Shown here one piece after another: positions 24,474 to 28,773 of a DNA stretch of 28,773 nt. Below the pieces are notes generated by a model that was not told the DNA's origin, did not search any database, and worked only from the letters and a program-made list of their open reading frames with translations. The position numbers and the translations under genes were made by a program. The DNA is from a virus (lineage: Duplodnaviria; Caudoviricetes). Location: positions 1-28,773 of IMG/VR virus record IMGVR_UViG_3300030395_000713. One strand, given 5' to 3'. Numbering within the stretch: the first letter of the stretch is position 1; every line of letters starts with the position of its first letter.

Positions 24474-24840
24474 AAACAAAGGCGGCAGACCAAGGATTGA
24501 ATTAAATCCTGAACAAAAACAAGAGATAGAAACACTTGCAGCTGTATTAACAACAGAACAAATAGCTGATTATTTTGGCATAAGTAGGCGTGTTTTCTTT
24601 GATATTTTAGACAGGGATGAAGAGGTTTCTGCACTATATAAAAAGGGACAAGCAAAAGCTGTCGGTTTCGTTGCACAAAATTTAATACAAAAAGCTAGAT
24701 CGGGAGACTTGGGCGCACAGATATTCTATTTAAAAACAAGAGCGGGATGGAAAGAAACACAGCGCATTGAAGGTGCGGGAGATACTGGTGAACACGTCGT
24801 TGCTTATAAATGGTTAGATGATGACGACGAGGACGATTAA
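24466..24840 (+). CDS. terS: Terminase small subunit
   Basis: GGRP N-terminus, HTH (EQIADYFGISRRVF), AQIFYLKTRAGWKE; overlaps the large subunit. Confidence 0.75.
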   Translation: MTKNKGGRPRIELNPEQKQEIETLAAVLTTEQIADYFGISRRVFFDILDRDEEVSALYKKGQAKAVGFVAQNLIQKARSGDLGAQIFYLKTRAGWKETQRIEGAGDTGEHVVAYKWLDDDDEDD

Positions 24841-26080
24841 TTATAGACCAAGACAATTAGTTAAAAGCTTTCATAAAAGAAAAGAAAGATTTGCTGTTAT
24901 TGTTGCTCACCGTAGATTTGGCAAAACAGTTGCAGCTATAAACGATTTAATAAAAACAGCATTAACAACAGAAAGAAAAAATGTAAGAGTTGCTTACATT
25001 GCTCCATACTATCGGCAAGCAAAAGCGATAGCGTGGGATTATCTTCTAGAATATACAAAAGATATAGAAGGCGTTAGATACAATGTTGCTGAATTAAGAG
25101 CAGATTTTCCAAACGGTGCAAGGTTCAGATTATTTGGTGCAGATAATTATGATGCTATGCGAGGTTTATATTTTGACAGTGTTGTTCTAGATGAACCTGC
25201 AGATTTTCCTGCTAATGCGTGGCCGACAGTTATAAGACCGTCACTAGCAGACAGACAAGGTAAAGCAACATTCATAGGCACACCAAAAGGAAAAAATGAA
25301 TTTTGGGAAATATTTAATAATGCTAAAACAAATAAAAATTGGTTTTGTGCAATCTATAAAGCTGATGAAACAGATATATTAGATCCAAAAGAATTAGAAG
25401 AAGCTAGAAATACAATGGGCGAAGATCGTTACGCTCAAGAGTTTTTGTGTAGTTTTGAGGCTGCAATACAAGGTGCTTATTATGCACAAGAAATGAAAAC
25501 AGCAAAAAATGAAAACAGAATTACATCCGTTCCTTATGATCCTTCTGCTAGTGTAATTGTAAGTTATGACTTAGGAATAGGTGACAGTACAGCTTTGTGG
25601 TTTGCTCAATTTATAGGGCAAGAAATTCATTTAATAGATTATTATGAAAATAGCGGTGTCGGCTTAGACCACTATGCAAAAGTATTAAATGAAAAAGCAT
25701 ATAATTATGAAGCACATATTTTACCGCATGATGTAAGAGTTAAAGAATTAGGCACAGGTAAAAGCAGATTAGAAACACTAGAAAACTTAGGCATTTATAA
25801 TATTGAAATAGCTCCAAGATTAAGTGTTGATGACGGAATACAAGCAACAAGGTCAATGCTTAATAGATGTTGGTTTGATGCAGAAAAGTGTGAAAGAGGC
25901 ATTGAAGCATTATTGCAATATCGTAGAGAGTTTGACGAAAAATTAAAGTCTTGGAGAGGCAGACCGTTGCATGATTGGACATCTCACGGTGCAGATAGTT
26001 TTAGATATTTGGCAGTAGGTTATAGGCCGATAAAAGAATGGGGAGAACCTATAAAGAGAAACTTGAAGGGTATAGCGTAA
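24818..26080 (+). CDS. terL: Terminase large subunit
   Basis: Walker A (AHRRFGKT), Walker B (VVLDEPA), FIGTPKGKN, nuclease motifs YDLGIGD, LPHD, HDWTSHGADSFRY. Confidence 0.97.
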   Translation: MMTTRTINYRPRQLVKSFHKRKERFAVIVAHRRFGKTVAAINDLIKTALTTERKNVRVAYIAPYYRQAKAIAWDYLLEYTKDIEGVRYNVAELRADFPNGARFRLFGADNYDAMRGLYFDSVVLDEPADFPANAWPTVIRPSLADRQGKATFIGTPKGKNEFWEIFNNAKTNKNWFCAIYKADETDILDPKELEEARNTMGEDRYAQEFLCSFEAAIQGAYYAQEMKTAKNENRITSVPYDPSASVIVSYDLGIGDSTALWFAQFIGQEIHLIDYYENSGVGLDHYAKVLNEKAYNYEAHILPHDVRVKELGTGKSRLETLENLGIYNIEIAPRLSVDDGIQATRSMLNRCWFDAEKCERGIEALLQYRREFDEKLKSWRGRPLHDWTSHGADSFRYLAVGYRPIKEWGEPIKRNLKGIA

Positions 26081-26089
26081 TTTAAAATT

Positions 26090-26103
26090 ATGTGGTATAG
26101 AGA
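26090..26103 (+). promoter_or_regulatory. Putative late promoter element ATGTGGTATAGAGA
   Basis: Identical to 1866-1879; intergenic, just after terL. Confidence 0.55.
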
Positions 26104-26123
26104 TTTTATATAGGAGGGTCGCC

Positions 26124-26300
26124 GTGAAAAAGTCCAAGAAAAAAGTCTGGGAAACTAAGAACCCCACCCCCAAAAGTAAACGCAAAAAAATGACTGCGTC
26201 CCAGAAAGCAAAAGCAAAACGTACAGCTGCTAAAGCGGGGCGACCCTACCCTAATATGGTTGACAATTTACGAGCTATGAAAAAGAAAAGGAAAAAATAA
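26124..26300 (+). CDS. Small highly basic protein, 58 aa (MKKSKKKVWETKNPTPKSKRKKMTASQKAKAKRTAAKAGRPYPNMVDNLRAMKKKRKK)
   Basis: Translated by hand; AGGAGG RBS and GTG start. Confidence 0.75.
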   Translation: MKKSKKKVWETKNPTPKSKRKKMTASQKAKAKRTAAKAGRPYPNMVDNLRAMKKKRKK

Positions 26301-26338
26301 TGCCCTACGGTAAAAAAAGAAAAGGTAAAAAAAAATAA
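26300..26338 (+). CDS. Basic micropeptide MPYGKKRKGKKK (12 aa)
   Basis: TAATG-coupled to the upstream gene; its stop abuts the next ATG; AAGGA upstream. Confidence 0.45.
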   Translation: MPYGKKRKGKKK

Positions 26339-26716
26339 ATGGCTTACACTAGCTTAATAGATATGTTTGACGGTGGCGGCGCGGGTCGTTCTGGTTCTAC
26401 ATTTCAAGGCGGTGGTTTATTAAGTGCATTAGCAAATGCTTTTGCAAAGCCTATAGGTTCACAGCGTAGAACTTCTAATAATATGTCTAATATGATTAAT
26501 CAGCTGCAAAGCGGTATAATGTCAGATGGGTCAATACGACAAGATGACTTTTCAGGCTTAAAAAGAGAAGAAACACCGATTTCTAAATTGTTTCTAGATG
26601 ATTTGACATTTGAAGAATTTGAAGAACGTGCTGAACCTATTTTTTTAGAACGTGGCGTTGAACCTTCATTTGACATTATGATGAAAGCATATGTAAACTA
26701 TTTAAATAGGCCGTAG
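26339..26716 (+). CDS. Hypothetical (possibly virion) protein
   Basis: Gly-rich N-terminus DMFDGGGAGRSGSTFQGGGLLSALAN and an acidic C-terminus. Confidence 0.65.
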   Translation: MAYTSLIDMFDGGGAGRSGSTFQGGGLLSALANAFAKPIGSQRRTSNNMSNMINQLQSGIMSDGSIRQDDFSGLKREETPISKLFLDDLTFEEFEERAEPIFLERGVEPSFDIMMKAYVNYLNRP

Positions 26717-26717
26717 T

Positions 26718-26978
26718 ATGGCTAAAGATCCAAGACTAAAACGAGCAGGAGTTAGCGGATACAATAAACCTAAACGTACCCCTAGCCACCCTAAAAAATC
26801 CCACATTGTTGTTGCAAAAGAAGGTAGTAAAATAAAAACTATTCGCTTTGGTCAGCAAGGTAAAACTGGTGATAAAACCATGACAAAACGAGCTAAGTCA
26901 TTTAAGGCAAGACACGCAAAAAATATTGCAAAAGGCAAAATGTCCGCAGCGTATTGGGCAAACAAAGTGAAGTGGTGA
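26718..26978 (+). CDS. Conserved basic phage protein
   Basis: GYNKPKRTPSHPKKSH, KTIRFGQQG, SFKARH, SAAYWANKVKW motifs, recalled as common in aquatic phages. Confidence 0.8.
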   Translation: MAKDPRLKRAGVSGYNKPKRTPSHPKKSHIVVAKEGSKIKTIRFGQQGKTGDKTMTKRAKSFKARHAKNIAKGKMSAAYWANKVKW

Positions 26979-26982
26979 AACA

Positions 26983-27600
26983 ATGGCTTTAACAACTTAT
27001 GCGGAATTGCAAACTTCTATAGCAGAATTTTTAAATCGTGATGATCTAACTGCAAAAATCCCTGATTTTATTGTTTTAGCAGAAGCACAAATGAATGCAG
27101 AGTTACGGCACTGGCGCATGGAAAAACGTGCAACGGCTGAAATGGACACGCAATATACAGCTTTGCCGCAAGATTTTATACAACCAGTTAGGTTTATAAT
27201 AACAGGCTCGCAAGTTAGTAGTTTGTCTCAAACTGACAGTAAAACAATAGCAGATAGACGGGCAGCAAGTAATGCAGTAGGCCGCCCAACAGAATATTCT
27301 ATAATGGATGGGGCTATAGAGGTTTTCCCAACGCCAGACACAACTTACACTTTAGAACTTTTGTATTTTAGAACCCTTAACGCACTAACTAATGGAAACA
27401 CTAGCAATTGGGTTTTAGAATATTATCCGAATGCTTATCTGTATGGAGCGTTATTACATTCTGCGCCATATTTAATGGACGACCAAAGAATACAAACTTG
27501 GGGTGCATTTTACAGAAAGGCAATTGACGATATTAACAACGATGGAGTAAAATCCAAAACGGCGGCTGATGGCCGTAGAATTAAAATAAGGAGTTATTAA
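26983..27600 (+). CDS. Head-to-tail adaptor (tail tubular protein A-like)
   Basis: TYAELQTSIAEFLNRDDL, IPDFIVLAEA, LPQDF, GRP, PTPD, YLYGALLHSAPYLMDDQRI motifs. Confidence 0.8.
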   Translation: MALTTYAELQTSIAEFLNRDDLTAKIPDFIVLAEAQMNAELRHWRMEKRATAEMDTQYTALPQDFIQPVRFIITGSQVSSLSQTDSKTIADRRAASNAVGRPTEYSIMDGAIEVFPTPDTTYTLELLYFRTLNALTNGNTSNWVLEYYPNAYLYGALLHSAPYLMDDQRIQTWGAFYRKAIDDINNDGVKSKTAADGRRIKIRSY

Positions 27601-27972
27601 ATGGCAACTTTAGCGGACAGGGTCTACGATAACGGCCTCACAATTTTAGACACCGAGGCTTCGAGGCTTGATATATGTAGCCAAGAACCTGCAACATACA
27701 CTGAAGCAACAAGCACACACAGTCTAGGTAATGCAACCAGTATTAGTATAAGCGCACCCGCTGACCGAACAGGCGGTGGACGTAAAGTGACTTTATCGGC
27801 AGTAAGCGGTGGGGCAGTTTCGGCTACTGGAACGGCAACGCATTTTGCTTTAACAGACGTGTCAAACACTAGATTATTGGCCACTGGTTCGCTTACAGCT
27901 TCGCAAGCGGTGACACTTGGAAACTCATTTGCCACCACTGCTTTGGACATAGGCATCCCTGACCCTGCATAA
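27601..27972 (+). CDS. Virion structural/tail protein
   Basis: Thr/Ala/Ser/Gly-rich beta protein (GTATHFAL, LLATGSL, GNSF) between the adaptor and the fibre gene. Confidence 0.65.
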   Translation: MATLADRVYDNGLTILDTEASRLDICSQEPATYTEATSTHSLGNATSISISAPADRTGGGRKVTLSAVSGGAVSATGTATHFALTDVSNTRLLATGSLTASQAVTLGNSFATTALDIGIPDPA

Positions 27973-27984
27973 TAGGAGACTAAA

Positions 27985-28635
27985 ATGGCTCTTGTTATTG
28001 CTGATAGAGTACAAGAAACGACCACAACTACTGGGACAGGCACTTATACTTTGGCAGGTGCTAAAGATGGCTTTGCAAGCTTTTCGGCTGTCGGGGATGG
28101 CAATACAACATATTATGCTTGCTCAGATGGCACAGATTACGAAGTAGGATTAGGAACTTATACAGCTTCGGGAACTACACTAGCTAGAACAACTGTTTTA
28201 ACAAGTTCGAACAGCAACAATGCAGTAAATTGGGGCGCAGGTGATAAAGATGTTTTTGTTACGCTCCCTGCAGCAAAAGCTATTGTGAAAGATAGTTCAG
28301 GAGACGTTACTGTAAGCGGCACTATCAACGCTACTGTATTCAACGCCACTTCAGACGCAACTTTAAAAACAAATATTGCGCCGATAGAAAACCCTTTGGC
28401 TATCCTAGAAAAAATAACAGGCGTGTCTTTTGATTGGAAAAATTATGAAGGCAGTGCCGAGGGTGTTTTAGCGCAAGACGTAGAAAAAGTATTGCCTAAC
28501 GCAGTAAATACAGACAGCCTTGGTAAAAAATCAGTTAGCTATAATAACTTAATTGGTGTGTTAATCGAAGCAGTTAAGGGTCAACAAAAACAAATTAACG
28601 ATTTAAAGGACAAGTTAGGTGGGCTTTCAAGTTAA
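27985..28635 (+). CDS. Tail fibre-related protein with C-terminal intramolecular chaperone (peptidase S74-like)
   Basis: N-terminal ADRVQETTTTTGTGT...EVGLGTY...LARTTVL; C-terminal SDATLKTNI...GVSFDWK...GVLAQDVEKVLP...VSYNNLIGVLIEAVK plus coiled coil. Confidence 0.85.
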   Translation: MALVIADRVQETTTTTGTGTYTLAGAKDGFASFSAVGDGNTTYYACSDGTDYEVGLGTYTASGTTLARTTVLTSSNSNNAVNWGAGDKDVFVTLPAAKAIVKDSSGDVTVSGTINATVFNATSDATLKTNIAPIENPLAILEKITGVSFDWKNYEGSAEGVLAQDVEKVLPNAVNTDSLGKKSVSYNNLIGVLIEAVKGQQKQINDLKDKLGGLSS

Positions 28636-28773
28636 CGGTGTTGAGTGGATTAATAGCAGTGGGCATTTTACCCAAGGTTTAAAAACTGCACAAAACACGG
28701 CTATGACAGGCACAGGCTCAATGACCACTAATACGGCAGCTGTTGGAGTTTTTGGAACTACTCGTAACTCCGT
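28619..28773 (+). CDS. Tail-associated protein, 3'-truncated (MGFQVNGVEWINSSGHFTQGLKTAQ...)
   Basis: GTG start with AAGGA RBS; frame open to the window end. Confidence 0.6.
   Translation, partial: MGFQVNGVEWINSSGHFTQGLKTAQNTAMTGTGSMTTNTAAVGVFGTTRNS

Larger units (their letters stand above)
1..28773. mobile_element. Tailed dsDNA bacteriophage genome fragment (podovirus-like)
   Basis: Terminase, portal, scaffold, capsid, ejection, lysis, recombination and replication genes fill the window; no host housekeeping genes; no tape measure or sheath gene seen. Confidence 0.96.

Noticed and set aside
27624-28349. Minus-strand ORFs 27624..28043 and 28158..28349
   Set aside because: Antisense shadows of Thr/Ala-rich tail genes

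Overview
The whole window reads as a large, probably circularly permuted part of a small tailed dsDNA phage (podovirus-like, P22/SU10-type head, likely marine, host probably an alphaproteobacterium; host is inference). From left to right: a truncated tail-nozzle/stabilisation gene, ejection (internal virion) proteins including one with a lysozyme-like domain, portal, scaffold, major capsid protein, an extended lysis cassette (EF-hand membrane protein, 3-TM holin, M15 endolysin), two divergent early regions of small ORFs, a recombination module (RusA, DUF968-like, DUF1367/NinB-like, SSB, putative annealase), a Cro-like HTH, a lambda-O-like initiator with internal iterons, a structured non-coding RNA candidate, ParB-N plus Mom-like DNA-modification genes, terminase subunits, tiny basic proteins, a head-tail adaptor and tail fibre genes. 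No integrase, DNA polymerase, tRNA, rRNA or CRISPR array was seen. The most notable observations are a candidate phage sRNA with an anti-Shine-Dalgarno loop (23107-23213), a ParB-Mom-terminase operon, a dyad-symmetric divergent promoter with 22-bp-phased TTTAC boxes, an internal in-frame start in the lysozyme-bearing ejection protein, and an EF-hand membrane protein coupled to the holin. All family assignments come from recalled motifs and synteny, not database searches.
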